Notes: a model not told the origin generated them from the letters alone. A stretch of DNA of 64,000 nucleotides from Bdellovibrionales bacterium (GCA_964230645.1 CAXRHT010000002.1:704001-768000); one strand, 5' to 3'. Counted from the first letter of the stretch, positions 28,065-39,300 are shown. Numbers and translations are program-made.

Positions 28065-28679
28065 ATGAAACACATCATTTTTGGATTCTTGAATTTTACT
28101 ATTTTGACACTCAGTCTAAATGTATCAGGTAAGCCTCCCACCATTCTCAAAGATCAATTTACAATAGGAGATCGTTGGGTTTGGTCTTATTCGGAGTGGA
28201 GTCACGAAAAGAATGATTTTCTTCGCCCTTACCTATTTGAAACCTATGAGGTGACGGCCGTTAGGGATGCTGAGATAACTATTGAAATGTCGAGCAGCCC
28301 AGACATTGATCAGAAAGAGCCTTCTCATCATAAGTTTATCATCGATATTGATCGCTGCCTGACTTTAGGAAAGGCCAAACAAAGTCTAAGAAATTTAAGA
28401 ATTCATTTTTATACAAAAAGTTTGGACCAAAATTGGAAACTCTTATCTAAAAACCATAAAGCCCTAGCTTTCACTGAAAAGTTTAACTGCCTTTCAAGCA
28501 ACCAGGGCGCTAATATTGACCTCAATGATTTTCAAAACTCGCAACTACCAAGCTTTCAGTGGACCGATTTTTCACCAACATCTTGGTATGCTTACTCTGA
28601 GAAAGCCCCTCTTAGAGGAGTAATGGTCAAACGTAATGCAGGTGATATTTTAGTTAGACTTGAAGAGGTCTCTTACTAA
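28065..28679 (+). CDS. Hypothetical secreted protein
   Basis: GGGAG SD and signal peptide MKHIIFGFLNFTILTLSLNVSG. Confidence 0.65.
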   Translation: MKHIIFGFLNFTILTLSLNVSGKPPTILKDQFTIGDRWVWSYSEWSHEKNDFLRPYLFETYEVTAVRDAEITIEMSSSPDIDQKEPSHHKFIIDIDRCLTLGKAKQSLRNLRIHFYTKSLDQNWKLLSKNHKALAFTEKFNCLSSNQGANIDLNDFQNSQLPSFQWTDFSPTSWYAYSEKAPLRGVMVKRNAGDILVRLEEVSY

Positions 28680-28813
28680 TTCCACTTTTACACTCTCAGT
28701 CAAAGCTAAAACTCCTGAGCATTCAGGGGGGCTGGACCCATGAGCTCAATTTCAAACCTTCGTCCCGCTGACTTCCTTGGGCTCATTTTATAGACTTTTT
28801 CTTGGAGTTTTTT

Positions 28814-29005
28814 ATGAATAAAAAAGAGATTTTGGAAAAAGTTCAGGTTGTTTATGAGTTTCTTCGGGAGGACTTTCAGGTCCTACAATCCCGTTACGAA
28901 GAGTCAAAAGATGTGGAAGATAAACAAAAAATCTCACAATTTTCTCAGTTATTTAAAAAACTAGAGAATCTCCGAATCGTTCTTGAAGGAGAGCTCCAGG
29001 CCTAG
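28814..29005 (+). CDS. Small hypothetical helical protein
   Basis: GGAG SD before ATG 28814; amphipathic 63-aa product. Confidence 0.5.
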   Translation: MNKKEILEKVQVVYEFLREDFQVLQSRYEESKDVEDKQKISQFSQLFKKLENLRIVLEGELQA

Positions 29006-29052
29006 AAAACAAATCCCTCCTCCCTGAGTGGATTCAATTAAGCTTTAAAACT

Positions 29053-29415
29053 TTAAAGAGCTTCTTTTTTTCTGAGTGCTTTACTTCTCATATTGGCGAT
29101 ATTTCTCATATTAAAGAAATGCATTCCGCCAAGTATTATAAGTACCACTCCAAACTTGGTTGCTAGAAAACGTATGGCTACCGTGAGGTCAGCGATCTCG
29201 TTGGCACCAAAAGACAGGAATAGAAAAACAATTCCAAAATTCACCAAGTAAAATCCTACTAGCAACAGCTGATTGACTGAGTCGGCCTTCTCCTCGATGT
29301 TTTCAAAGGCGTCGAGTAAAAAGGTCCGACCATTTCTGAATAGATTTTTCCCCACCCAAACTGTGAAAAACAAACTCACAGTGATATAGATTGTGTAAAT
29401 ATAAAGCATCATCAT
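29053..29415 (-). CDS. Small integral membrane protein downstream of TetR
   Basis: 3 TM helices; LFRNGRTFL..ADSVNQLLLVGFYLVNFG..LGGMHFFN. Confidence 0.8.
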   Translation of the reverse strand: MMMLYIYTIYITVSLFFTVWVGKNLFRNGRTFLLDAFENIEEKADSVNQLLLVGFYLVNFGIVFLFLSFGANEIADLTVAIRFLATKFGVVLIILGGMHFFNMRNIANMRSKALRKKEAL

Positions 29416-29416
29416 T

Positions 29417-30112
29417 TTAAACCTCCTTTTTCGGGTTTTGAATTTCGTTGATATTAAATCGCTTTAAAACTTGCAGTATGGGCTTACGAACAAAACCACT
29501 CATGGGATTGAGCATGAGTTTGTTCATCTCGACAATCAGTGGCACTGTTTGATCGATTAATTGAAAAGTTCGTTTTGATTTTGGGGACGTATCGTAAATC
29601 CAGAATAAAATGATTCCCATCTGAAAAAGCCAGAGGTAGGCCGGCAGCTCCTTTTTAACATCACTATGGAACTTGTTATTACTCTCAAACACTATTTCTT
29701 CAAAAAGTGCTTGGGACTCTTCTCTTAATTCTTTTGATTCCTCACTAAAAGGAGAAAGAGGGCTCTTTGGGTCTGCGGCCACCCGGAAAAGGGCTCTTGC
29801 CATATCTTTATAAGGTTCGGCGATAAGGATTTTATCAGTCACGACCTTATGAAGACGCTTTTGGAAGTCTTTTTCTGATTTCAAAAAATCACCCACTTGA
29901 TTCAGATGATCTTCATGGGAGCGTTTGTAGTATTCAAATACCAGCGCTTCTTTACTTGAAAAGTGATAATAAATCCCACCGGCAGCAATGCCAGCTTCTT
30001 TGGCGATCATCCTCATACTGGTCTGATCAAAACCTCTCTCAGCAAAAAGGCGAACAGCGATTTCGTAGACCTGAGATCGAGTGTTTTCCGACTTTGCAGT
30101 TTTAGTGGCCAA
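29417..30112 (-). CDS. TetR/AcrR family regulator
   Basis: LFAERGFDQTSMRMIAKEAGIAAGGIYYHFSSKE. TTG start at 30112 after a GGAGG SD. Confidence 0.9.
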   Translation of the reverse strand: MATKTAKSENTRSQVYEIAVRLFAERGFDQTSMRMIAKEAGIAAGGIYYHFSSKEALVFEYYKRSHEDHLNQVGDFLKSEKDFQKRLHKVVTDKILIAEPYKDMARALFRVAADPKSPLSPFSEESKELREESQALFEEIVFESNNKFHSDVKKELPAYLWLFQMGIILFWIYDTSPKSKRTFQLIDQTVPLIVEMNKLMLNPMSGFVRKPILQVLKRFNINEIQNPKKEV

Positions 30113-30123
30113 GACGCCTCCCT

Positions 30124-30193
30124 TTTTGAACGTGTTCAAAACTTAAAAGAGCTGTGCCTATTTGTAAAGAGCTTTTTTGAACATGTTCAAAAA
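30124..30193. promoter_or_regulatory. Two palindromic TetR-type operators
   Basis: TTTTGAACgtGTTCAAAA (30124-30141) and the perfect palindrome TTTTTGAACATGTTCAAAAA (30174-30193). Confidence 0.75.
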
Positions 30194-30277
30194 TATTTAT
30201 AAGTGACTGTTTTTACTGCGAGTTAGTTTTCCACGCATAATGCTGTCCGGTGGATTCTCCACTACCGGCTTAAAACT

Positions 30278-30499
30278 TGTTGTCTTAGCTGAAAACATGT
30301 CGTCCCGAAGGAAAGCTTGTGGTAGTGGCCTAAAACTTGTCGTCTTGACTGAAAATATGTTGTTTTGAAGGAAAGCCTGTCGACTTGAGCGAAAAAATGT
30401 CGTCTTGAGCAAAGCGAAAGACCTAAGATCCTTCGCTCCGCTCAGGAGGACTCTGCGCAGGGGGACTGGGGCAATGAGGTCCTTCGCTGCTCTCAGAAG
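30278..30499. repeat. Degenerate copy of the REP-like element with 20-bp tandem units
   Basis: Six TGT-initiated 20-bp units (30278-30397), arm TGTCGTCTTGAGCAAAGCGAAAGACCT (30398-30424), inverted arm variants at 30426-30451 and 30477-30499. Confidence 0.75.
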
Positions 30500-30538
30500 G
30501 GTCCTGGGCTGTACAAACCAGAGTGATTCAATATTCGC

Positions 30539-31084
30539 CTAGAATCCCAGAAGATTTGGAATTGAGTCATCCCAGTTCACATCACCACTAAGGCCCCCTT
30601 GATCTTTTCCTAAAGGCACAAGAATCTTTTTATTCTTAATTTTATCATTCTTCCCCTCAGGTAAATAAACACCGATTATGGGGTTGACTTCAAAACTGGA
30701 ATTTCGATTGTTAGTCTCGAGTGTGGGCCGTCCTTTTTCATCTCTTATTTTAGTGGAGCACTGCTCTTGCAGAGCCGAAATAAAGACCAACTTCCTTTTA
30801 AAAAGTTTTAAGCTCGCTTCAATGAGTTGTTCAGACTTCCAACCCTCCGGCCTATGGCAAAGAGCCATCGGAACCTCATCTTTTCTCTCTAAAGTTTTAA
30901 AATAAAAAACCTCACCGTCGGTTTCAATTTTTTTATATTTTACTCCATCAATACTGACGTTGTACTCCTTGGTGACCACTTGAGTGTTTTTCTCAAGCAT
31001 TCGCTGCATTGGGTTTTTGACTGCACTGTCTTGTGCCAGAAGAATAAAGCTTATGAAACAAAATTGAGACACCATAGATAGCAA
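30539..31084 (-). CDS. Hypothetical exported protein
   Basis: 181-aa ORF with hydrophobic N-terminus; no recognised motif. Confidence 0.55.
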   Translation of the reverse strand: MLSMVSQFCFISFILLAQDSAVKNPMQRMLEKNTQVVTKEYNVSIDGVKYKKIETDGEVFYFKTLERKDEVPMALCHRPEGWKSEQLIEASLKLFKRKLVFISALQEQCSTKIRDEKGRPTLETNNRNSSFEVNPIIGVYLPEGKNDKIKNKKILVPLGKDQGGLSGDVNWDDSIPNLLGF

Positions 31085-31162
31085 TCTATAGAAAAAAATA
31101 AAAAAGAAAAAGCACTCCCCACTCCATTGGCGCTCTAATAAAAACCAGTGGGTGGTGTTTTT

Positions 31163-32419
31163 CTACTCAAAAGACATCTTCTCAAATTTTTCTAAGCGAA
31201 CGTCATCAAGACGAACCAAAACGTCCTCTAGTATGATGGAGCGACAAAGGATCTCACCCTTACAGCTAAAATTATTCGAGGGACCTATTACCCTTAGATC
31301 CACGATATATGTATCAGGGAGTGGACCAGGAGATTTGATTTTCACATAATTATACTCAAGATCTCCGGTGGACATGAACTCTCCTCCCTCTAATGTCTCC
31401 AAAACACTGTACGACTCTAGGCCCAGTACGGTCTGCTCAACAGCCAAATTTCTCAATGCATCGAGCTGCAAACTTTGCACATCAGAAATTAATTCTCTTA
31501 ACGCCCCCCTATTCTTAGAAGTAAGAATATTTTCCTGCTTACGAACTAAAGACCTCTTAAGTGAATTAAGATTCCTTAATTCATCTTCAAGCCGATCTAG
31601 ATCTTTTAAAATTTCATCGACCTCTTCTATAGCTATATCTTTCTGGATTTGGAAAACTCTCGTTTGAGCTTTATCCCCTAACCACTTGGTCGGTAAAAAT
31701 TCATCTTCCAATAGGTCTTCATCCATAGCGGCAGCAAAAAGAGAATTGTAGGAAAAGTCTCGACTGGAATTAATTCCCAAAAGCTTCCACTGGCCATCAC
31801 TTTCACACATAAGAGGACCACCGGAGTCTCCGACCTCTAGCAGGGCCCCTGGACTTAGCAATCCTTTGGCACCTATAATGTTTTCTTCTCTAAAAAACCA
31901 ATCCAACACGTTTTGGGACACTTCCCAACCTTTAACGATAGGGGCTTGGCTATTTTTGTCGTGAAAAGCCATTTTCGAATAACCAAAGAAGGCGCATCGA
32001 TCGGTCGAGGGAATATCTGACAGGCTCATCCTTTCAACCGGAGAGGCTGGAATGCCTCCTTGCAAATGGATCAGAGCAATGTCTCTTTTAGGATACTGAG
32101 TGTTGTCGACATCCACTTCCCCATACTCGGGATGCCTTTGCACACGGGTCTGACTAGAGGCAATGGGCACTTCGCTAGTGACACACTTTATTTCAAAAGG
32201 CTTTTCATCTTCTACACAGTGGGAGGCTGTCATTATTGTTTTCGAATCGATGAGAATACCTGTACAAAAATCCAAATACTGGTCTCTCTCAAAAGAGCGA
32301 TCGATAATGCAGACCTGATGAAAAGCACTCGAACCTGAAACCTCTTCTCCCAGTCCTGCATTAACAGAGATTGAAAACACCGATAGAATTAAAATAAGAA
32401 AAACTAAAAGTCCCCGCAT
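31163..32419 (-). CDS. Secreted trypsin-like (S1) serine protease with C-terminal extension
   Basis: Signal peptide; TASHC, DIALIHL and GDSGGP catalytic-triad motifs. Confidence 0.9.
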   Translation of the reverse strand: MRGLLVFLILILSVFSISVNAGLGEEVSGSSAFHQVCIIDRSFERDQYLDFCTGILIDSKTIMTASHCVEDEKPFEIKCVTSEVPIASSQTRVQRHPEYGEVDVDNTQYPKRDIALIHLQGGIPASPVERMSLSDIPSTDRCAFFGYSKMAFHDKNSQAPIVKGWEVSQNVLDWFFREENIIGAKGLLSPGALLEVGDSGGPLMCESDGQWKLLGINSSRDFSYNSLFAAAMDEDLLEDEFLPTKWLGDKAQTRVFQIQKDIAIEEVDEILKDLDRLEDELRNLNSLKRSLVRKQENILTSKNRGALRELISDVQSLQLDALRNLAVEQTVLGLESYSVLETLEGGEFMSTGDLEYNYVKIKSPGPLPDTYIVDLRVIGPSNNFSCKGEILCRSIILEDVLVRLDDVRLEKFEKMSFE

Positions 32420-32549
32420 GACCCCTCCTTGTCCCAATAGGTCACGGCTACTTTACCAAAGACTTTCTAGCTTGGGGGTTCACTCAGGCTCATTGTGAAA
32501 ACTTTACTAATTAAGAGATGAAAGAGACTCTTTTTGCCGCCCCACTAGC

Positions 32550-32586
32550 AAAAAAAAGAGACAGTGTTTTTAACCGTCTCTTTTTT
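32550..32586 (-). terminator. Terminator-like hairpin downstream of the helicase
   Basis: AAAAAAGAGAC...GTCTCTTTTTT inverted repeat with A/T tails. Confidence 0.5.
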
Positions 32587-32613
32587 GAATGTTATTAAAC
32601 TATTGAAAGCGAA

Positions 32614-33879
32614 TTAAGCGTGAGCTGATGATTGGCGTTTTTTGGATTTTGAGCCAAACTTGCCTTTGCCGCGAAATTTGCCTGAGGCCTTAGACTTAGG
32701 TTTGCCCTTTCCTCTGGCTTTACTAAAACGAGAACCACCTTTTTTCTTTTTCTTGTTTCTAGAAGGTTTTCTCAAGTTGTTGGGTTCAAGCATAACATTA
32801 GGAATATCGTATTTTTTAACAATACGGTTCCAATCGTTGTGCTCTTCTGGAGTGACAAAACTAACGGCCTCTCCTTCAGCACCATTTCGCGCAGTTCGTC
32901 CCACGCGGTGAACATAGTCCTCATCCTGCATGGGAAGATCAAAGTTAATGACATGCTCAACATGGGGCACATCAATTCCGCGAGCGGCAACGTCAGTGGC
33001 AACGAGAACTCTCACTTTACCAGCTTTGAAAGCTTTAATTGCGCGGTTTCTCTGCCCTTGGGTTCTTCCACCGTGGATCTGCTCCACAGACACTCCATAC
33101 TCGGAGAGATACTTCTTCAAGCGGTCCGTGCGATGCTTTGTTTTAAGGAAAACAATTGTGGAGCCAGCGCGAACATTGAGTTCGTTTAAGATACACTCGT
33201 CTTTGTCTTTAAAATCCACTGTGACTACAGTCTGCTTGATCTTCGCCACGGGGCGAGAGTTGTTGATCATAATGGAAACAGGATTTTTTAAATACTTCTG
33301 GGCCAATTCTTTTACTTTTTTATCAAGGGTTGCCGTGAAAAAAGAAGTTTGACGATTATCGGGAAGGAACTTCAAAATTTGTTGAAGCTGAGGTGCAAAG
33401 CCCATATCAATCATACGGTCACCTTCATCGAGAACCAAATATTTTGTTTTGTTGAGCTGTACCGTGTTTCTTTTTAAGTGATCGATCAATCGTCCGGGAG
33501 TGGCCACAATGATACGTGGTTTTCTTTGAAGCGATTTGAACTGTTTTCTAATGTCTTGGCCACCTACAAGGCGAGTGGTGTGAAAAAAACGATCATCAGG
33601 TAGAAGAGACTTCATAAATTCAGAGATTTGCTGAGCGAGCTCCCTAGTTGGGGCCATGATCAAGCCCTGCTCTTTTGGGTTTTCTAAAAGGAACTTTATC
33701 ATCGGAATGAGATAGGCTCCGGTTTTACCTGAACCCGTTTCTGAACAAGCTAATATGTCTCGCCCCTCAAGTATTGAAGGGATCGATTTACCTTGAATCT
33801 CCGTGGGCTCGACAAAACCAATTTTATCAAGAGCTTGGCTGAGAAGTTCAGGCAGGTTTAATTCATTAAATGTTTGCAT
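32614..33879 (-). CDS. DEAD-box RNA helicase (DEGD variant) with basic C-terminal tail
   Basis: Q motif PTEIQ, ETGSGKT, PTRELA, ATPGRL, LDEGDRM, TAT, ARGID, HRVGRTAR. Confidence 0.93.
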   Translation of the reverse strand: MQTFNELNLPELLSQALDKIGFVEPTEIQGKSIPSILEGRDILACSETGSGKTGAYLIPMIKFLLENPKEQGLIMAPTRELAQQISEFMKSLLPDDRFFHTTRLVGGQDIRKQFKSLQRKPRIIVATPGRLIDHLKRNTVQLNKTKYLVLDEGDRMIDMGFAPQLQQILKFLPDNRQTSFFTATLDKKVKELAQKYLKNPVSIMINNSRPVAKIKQTVVTVDFKDKDECILNELNVRAGSTIVFLKTKHRTDRLKKYLSEYGVSVEQIHGGRTQGQRNRAIKAFKAGKVRVLVATDVAARGIDVPHVEHVINFDLPMQDEDYVHRVGRTARNGAEGEAVSFVTPEEHNDWNRIVKKYDIPNVMLEPNNLRKPSRNKKKKKGGSRFSKARGKGKPKSKASGKFRGKGKFGSKSKKRQSSAHA

Positions 33880-34039
33880 AAGGGGGAATCCTTTATTCTG
33901 TATTTCTTCACGAAAAGAGAATACAGCTTATCCAGATTCTCTTGAGAAAGAATGGGTGTACCGTTTATGAAGCATAGTGTCAACTGGCGTGATGCGCGGG
34001 GTGCATACTTTTTTCAAAATATGAAACTTGGATCAGGGA

Positions 34040-34378
34040 TTAACATTGATTGGGGCCACAGGCCCTCTCGTTAAGAAATCCAGAGAAATCACCCCAAAGC
34101 TTTTCGACCTCTTTGATGGTGTCGTAGTCCACGCAGTAACATGATCTGGGACCATCGATTTCGCCTTTCACCAGACCAGCTTGTTTAAGCACTTTTAGGT
34201 GCTGGCTTACGGTGGATTGAGCCATGGGGAGTTGGCTTACGAGCTCTCCACATATGCAGGATTGCTTCTCGGCTAGAACTCGCAAAATGGCGACCCGTCC
34301 CGGGTGAGATAAAGCTTTAAAAATACTCGCGATCCGGATGTCTTTTTGTGGAAACTCATTAATTGTTGCAAAGGCCAT
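34040..34378 (-). CDS. arsR: ArsR/SmtB family repressor
   Basis: FKALSHPGRVAIL..SCICGEL..AQSTVSQHLKVLK..CYC. Start moved to ATG 34378; divergent from the ars genes. Confidence 0.88.
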   Translation of the reverse strand: MAFATINEFPQKDIRIASIFKALSHPGRVAILRVLAEKQSCICGELVSQLPMAQSTVSQHLKVLKQAGLVKGEIDGPRSCYCVDYDTIKEVEKLWGDFSGFLNERACGPNQC

Positions 34379-34391
34379 ATCAAGAATGTAT

Positions 34392-34407
34392 ATCGTAAAT
34401 ATACGAT
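34392..34407. promoter_or_regulatory. Putative ArsR operator
   Basis: ATCGTA-aata-TACGAT palindrome in the short divergent promoter region. Confidence 0.6.
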
Positions 34408-34435
34408 TAAGCAAGATTAAATTTAGGAGATCCCC

Positions 34436-34879
34436 ATGAAACGACTGCATATCCATTTATCCGTTGATGACCTGACTCAGTCCATTGGCTTTTATACCGA
34501 TCTTTTTGGCGAGAATCCCTCAAAGCAAAAAGACGACTATGCCAAATGGATGCTTGATAATCCGAGGATAAATTTTGCCATTTCGACTCGAGGAGAAAAA
34601 AAGGGCCTCGATCACCTCGGCATTCAAGTCGAAGACGAAGCCGAACTCAAAGAAATCACGGAGCGCTTAGAAAAAGCCGACCGTGGACTTTTTGATCAAG
34701 GAGTGACCGAGTGCTGTTACTCACGTTCGAACAAAGCTTGGGTTCAAGACCCAGGAGGTATTGCTTGGGAGGCCTATCAAAGTATGGCCGACGTTGAAGT
34801 GTTTAGCCCCAAAAAAGAGACGAGCGCCAGTGCTTGCTGCGCCCCTGAAACACTCGCACCCAAATCCTCTTGTTGTTAG
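34436..34879 (+). CDS. ArsI/CadI family VOC metalloenzyme
   Basis: RLHIHLSV, YAKWMLDNPRINFAIS, LDHLGIQV, TECCY..KAWVQDP..WE. Confidence 0.88.
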   Translation: MKRLHIHLSVDDLTQSIGFYTDLFGENPSKQKDDYAKWMLDNPRINFAISTRGEKKGLDHLGIQVEDEAELKEITERLEKADRGLFDQGVTECCYSRSNKAWVQDPGGIAWEAYQSMADVEVFSPKKETSASACCAPETLAPKSSCC

Positions 34880-34888
34880 GCCTTGGAA

Positions 34889-35923
34889 ATGGCAACGGAA
34901 ACTAAGAAATCAATCGGTTTTTTTGAAAAGTATCTAAGCCTTTGGGTTCTTTTTTGTATCATCTTTGGAGTGGCTCTCGGTCAGCTAGTAGGAGAATCCA
35001 TTTCCTTTCTCAGTGAAATGAGTATAGCTACCGTGAATCTCCCGGTGGCTGTTCTTGTGTGGCTGATGATTTACCCCATGATGGTTCAAATTGATTTTAG
35101 TTCTCTCAAAGAGGCTGGCAAAAACCCAAAGGGATTACTACTCACCCTCACGCTCAATTGGCTCATTAAACCCTTCACCATGGCCTTTTTTGCATGGATA
35201 TTCTTTGGCAATCTTTATTCCGCTTTCTTAAGTCCGGAAATTGCCAATCAATACATTGCCGGAGCCATACTTCTTGGGGCCGCTCCTTGTACCGCTATGG
35301 TTTTTGTCTGGTCTTATCTTACCGATGGTGATCCTGGCTACACTCTCGTACAGGTGTCTGTGAATGATCTGATTTTGCTTGTGGCATTTATTCCTATTGT
35401 TCAGCTTCTTTTAGGAGTTACGAATATTGCCATACCTTTTGACACCTTGCTGGCTTCTGTCGTCATTTTTGTGGTTATCCCTCTTGTGGCTGGTTTTTTA
35501 TCCAATCAAATTTTGATCGCAAAGTTTGGTGAGAGTTGGTTCAAACAAAAATTTCTTCCAGTTTTAAAACCAATTTCTATTTTGGCTTTACTTTCAACCC
35601 TCGTTCTTTTGTTTGCGTTTCAAGGCGAAAGAATTCTGGCCTCCCCTATTGATATTCTTCTCATCGCTATTCCCTTAACCTTACAGACTTATTTTATCTT
35701 TTTTATCGCCTGGTTTATGGGCCGACGCATGAATCTTCGTCATTGCATTCTCTCTCCCGCCGCTATGATTGGAGCGAGCAATTTTTTTGAGTTAGCCGTG
35801 GCCGTGGCGATCGCCCTTTTTGGCCTTAACTCAGGAGCAGCCCTTGCTACAGTCGTTGGAGTTCTAATTGAGGTACCTGTGATGCTTCACTTGGTGAGAA
35901 TTGCCAACAAATGGAAATATTAA
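34889..35923 (+). CDS. acr3: ACR3 family arsenite efflux transporter
   Basis: [58 protein letters not shown]. Confidence 0.95.
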   Translation: MATETKKSIGFFEKYLSLWVLFCIIFGVALGQLVGESISFLSEMSIATVNLPVAVLVWLMIYPMMVQIDFSSLKEAGKNPKGLLLTLTLNWLIKPFTMAFFAWIFFGNLYSAFLSPEIANQYIAGAILLGAAPCTAMVFVWSYLTDGDPGYTLVQVSVNDLILLVAFIPIVQLLLGVTNIAIPFDTLLASVVIFVVIPLVAGFLSNQILIAKFGESWFKQKFLPVLKPISILALLSTLVLLFAFQGERILASPIDILLIAIPLTLQTYFIFFIAWFMGRRMNLRHCILSPAAMIGASNFFELAVAVAIALFGLNSGAALATVVGVLIEVPVMLHLVRIANKWKY

Positions 35924-35941
35924 TTTTTTTAGGAGAAGAAA

Positions 35942-36352
35942 GTGAAAATCTTATTTTTATGTGTCGCAAATTCTGCAAGAAGCCAAATGGCTGAAGGCTT
36001 GGCTAAAGAACTTCTGGCTGACAAAGCTGTTATCAAAAGTGCAGGTTCTGAGCCCTCTGGTAAAGTTCATCGAGATGCCATAAATGTGATGAGTGAAATG
36101 GGTATTGATATCTCAAATCACTCTTCAAAATCCATTGATGACCTACCTGCTGAATTTATGAACGAGCTTGATTATGCCATCACTCTTTGTGGAGAAGAAG
36201 TCTGCCCCGTTCTGCACTCAAAAGCCACAAAGTTACATTGGGGATATCCCGACCCTGCCGGTGTTGCAGAGGCTGAACGCCTGCAGAGTTTCAGAAATAT
36301 TCGAGATCAACTAAAGACCCGCTTAGAATCTTGGGTAAAAACGATCTCATAA
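35942..36352 (+). CDS. arsC: Thioredoxin-coupled arsenate reductase (LMW-PTP fold)
   Basis: LFLCVANSARSQMAE, ITLC..EVCP, HWGYPDP. Confidence 0.92.
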   Translation: MKILFLCVANSARSQMAEGLAKELLADKAVIKSAGSEPSGKVHRDAINVMSEMGIDISNHSSKSIDDLPAEFMNELDYAITLCGEEVCPVLHSKATKLHWGYPDPAGVAEAERLQSFRNIRDQLKTRLESWVKTIS

Positions 36353-36365
36353 TATTGTTACCAGC

Positions 36366-39300
36366 TTAATCGTCGTCCAAATTGATTAGATTCATATTGT
36401 CCGGACGTTCGCGGCGGTAGCCGAAATCATTAGAGGCCGCCTGGCCAAATTGGAGTTGATAGCTCTGGTCTCCATCCTTGATATCATCATCCACTCCCGT
36501 GATCCAGATTCTTTGAGGTGAATCCCAATTTTCAGGGGTAAAAATAAGTTGGTTACCAGATACCACTCCCTCACTGTTATCACTAGAGGCATAGGGTAAA
36601 AATACGAGGTCAGAGGGTTGGGTGGTAAGGAGTACGTCAATAAAAGCACCTTTACCTTGTTCACTGGTTTTCACAGCCCCGGCTCCTGCCGAAGTACTCG
36701 GAGTGGCGAAGATTTCTCTCAACTCGTTATCAATACAAAGAGCACGTATATCATTCACTCCGACTCCGTTGTAACTAGGGTCCGGCGAATTAACGTTCAG
36801 TGAAAAATTGACGTTACGGTGATTGTCGAAATTGTTGTCATCCACACCATTGATGATAACTGTTTGAGCGACATTCCAATTGTCAGGTGTGAACCGAATG
36901 ACCGGTGTGGAAGTGTTAGCCTCCGAGTTGTCTCTTGAAGCAATGGAAACCGTAACTACCTCTGTTGGCTCGGAATTAAGAACGATCTCAAACTCTTGAG
37001 AGCTACCATACTCATTGACGATGACAGGGTGGTTTTGAGTATCAGGAAAGACACTCACACCGGGAGTGTCATCATCTTTTGTCGTGACGAAAACACTTTT
37101 TATAAGCAAAGCTGCATAGTCCGCATCGGCACTCACCGGGGCTGCAAACTCAACCTCCCAGTCTGTGGGCCCGTCTTGGATTAAATCGTCCACAGAACTC
37201 ACTGTAAATTCCTGTGGGATATTCCAATTATCCTTAGTAAATGCCAGCTGACTTTTAGAAACGCTCCCCTCGGACGGGTCATTAGAGCTAAAGTTTAAAG
37301 TCACATTCGACGTAGGCTCAGACGCAAGACTCAAGAAGACCACCTGCTCTCCTCCGGCCTCGTTAAGAGTGATACGGTCAGTATTTCCTGTAAGAGGTGT
37401 GACTCGGATACCAGGTGTGTCGTCATCTTGGTTAGAAACTACGATGTCTTGCGGATCAAGATTATTATAATTCGGGTCAGAGCTACTGGCGGGTTCCGTT
37501 ATGACATTGATGAGAATCGTTCCATCTTGAAGGGCATCATCCACTCCGCTAAAAATGACTTCCTGCTCCTGCATCCAATTGCTGCCATTAAAAACCAAAG
37601 TGCTTTTACTTAAGGCCACTTCGGTCAAATCAGGATTATTGAAATTCAAGGTCACCTCACCACTGGGAGCTGATTTAAGAGACACTTTCAGGTTTGCGCG
37701 GTTTCCGCCTTCACTGGTAACCAGTCCCAATGAAGGATTAAATCGAAAACCGGTGGAATCATTATCTAGGTTTTTTAGCTCTAAACCCGTTAAAATAAGA
37801 TTGTTGTAGTTGGGGTCAGTGCTTGAGGAAGCATTGAATTTGACTTCTACATTTTGATCCCCATCTTGTAGGGCATCATCAAGCCCTTCAACTGTAACCG
37901 TCTGGGACTGATTCCAGTTAGCGGCTTCGAAACGAAGGGATGTTTTGTCTAAACGAATTTCCGATGAATCTGAAACATTGAAACTAAGATCCACGAAGTC
38001 AGCCGGTGGCGATTGTAATTTCACGGTGAAGCTTTGTTCGCTACCTTCCTCGTCTGTATCACCAGTGAGTTCGGAAATGATAAAGCCGTGACTATCGTTA
38101 TCAAGATTTCTTAAAAAGATGTCGGGAGGATTGATACCGTTATAGTTCAAATCTGAAGAACTTGTCGCTTGTAGCTCAATGGAATAAATTTGATCACCAT
38201 CTTGTTTGGCATCGTCGAGCCCCTGTACGATCACCCACTGCGGTGTTCTCCAGTTAGAGGGTGTGAAAACAAGGCTCGTTTTATCGACATCGCCCTCATT
38301 TGTGTTTGTACTTTGTAGGGGAAGAGTGACATTACCACTTGGCGCAGAAGAGAGGCGAACACTAAACTGTGCCGAGTCACCACTTTCACTGGTGTCGCTT
38401 GAGATATTAGTGACATGTATCCCAACTTTGTCGTTATCGAAATTAAAGCCTTCGATATCACGAGGGTCAATACCGTCATAGGCAGGATTGGCACTGATTG
38501 TAGGAGCTATATTGATCCGAAAGGGTTGATCACCATCTTCAAGAGCGTCGTCAAGACCTTGAACATTCACTTCTTGAGCGACATGCCAATTCTCCTGGTT
38601 AAAAATCAATTTCGTTTTATTAATCGCAACCTCGGTGCTATCAGACACAGTTAGATCGATATCAACCTGCTGTGTGGGTGGAGACTCTAAAACAACCGAG
38701 AAAACCCCTGTCGCTCCAAATTCGTCAATCTCGCCGACAAGACTTGAAACCTGAACTCCTGGACTCGCACCACTATCCACATTCACTAAGCGATAATCAT
38801 CAAGATCAATATTTTGGAAATTGGGATCACTAGTTAAGGTCTCTAAAAGTTCAAATTGAAATTCGACATTACCATCAGCCAATGAGTCAGAAAGACCTGT
38901 CACTTGAATCACCTGAGGGGTAGACCAGTTAGAGGGAGTAAAGCGAATAAGGCTAGTATTCAAAGAGGCCTCAGTGCTATCACTCACCTGCAGTGGAATT
39001 TCCACATCGGCCAGAGGCTTTTTATTCAAACGAAGATCTAGGCGCACGTGAGCACCGTTTTCATCAGTAAAAGTTTGTGACAGATCGGAGACCTCTACAA
39101 TCCCCGTGGGATTAATGTCAAAAAGAGCTGAAAGGACACTAATACCACCGGCTGTGGATGCTTGCAGTCGATAGCCAAGAGCGGGATAATCAATATTGAT
39201 ATCATCGAAACGAGCGACCCCTCCTGTGGCGTTCTGGGTCACACCACCAATAAGGCTGGCACTCCCTGCCGAAGGGTCTTCACCAAGAGATAGGGTTACA

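Noticed and set aside
30197..30412. 71-aa ORF (and likewise 44190..44381)
   Set aside because: Both lie within the repeat element; artefacts.
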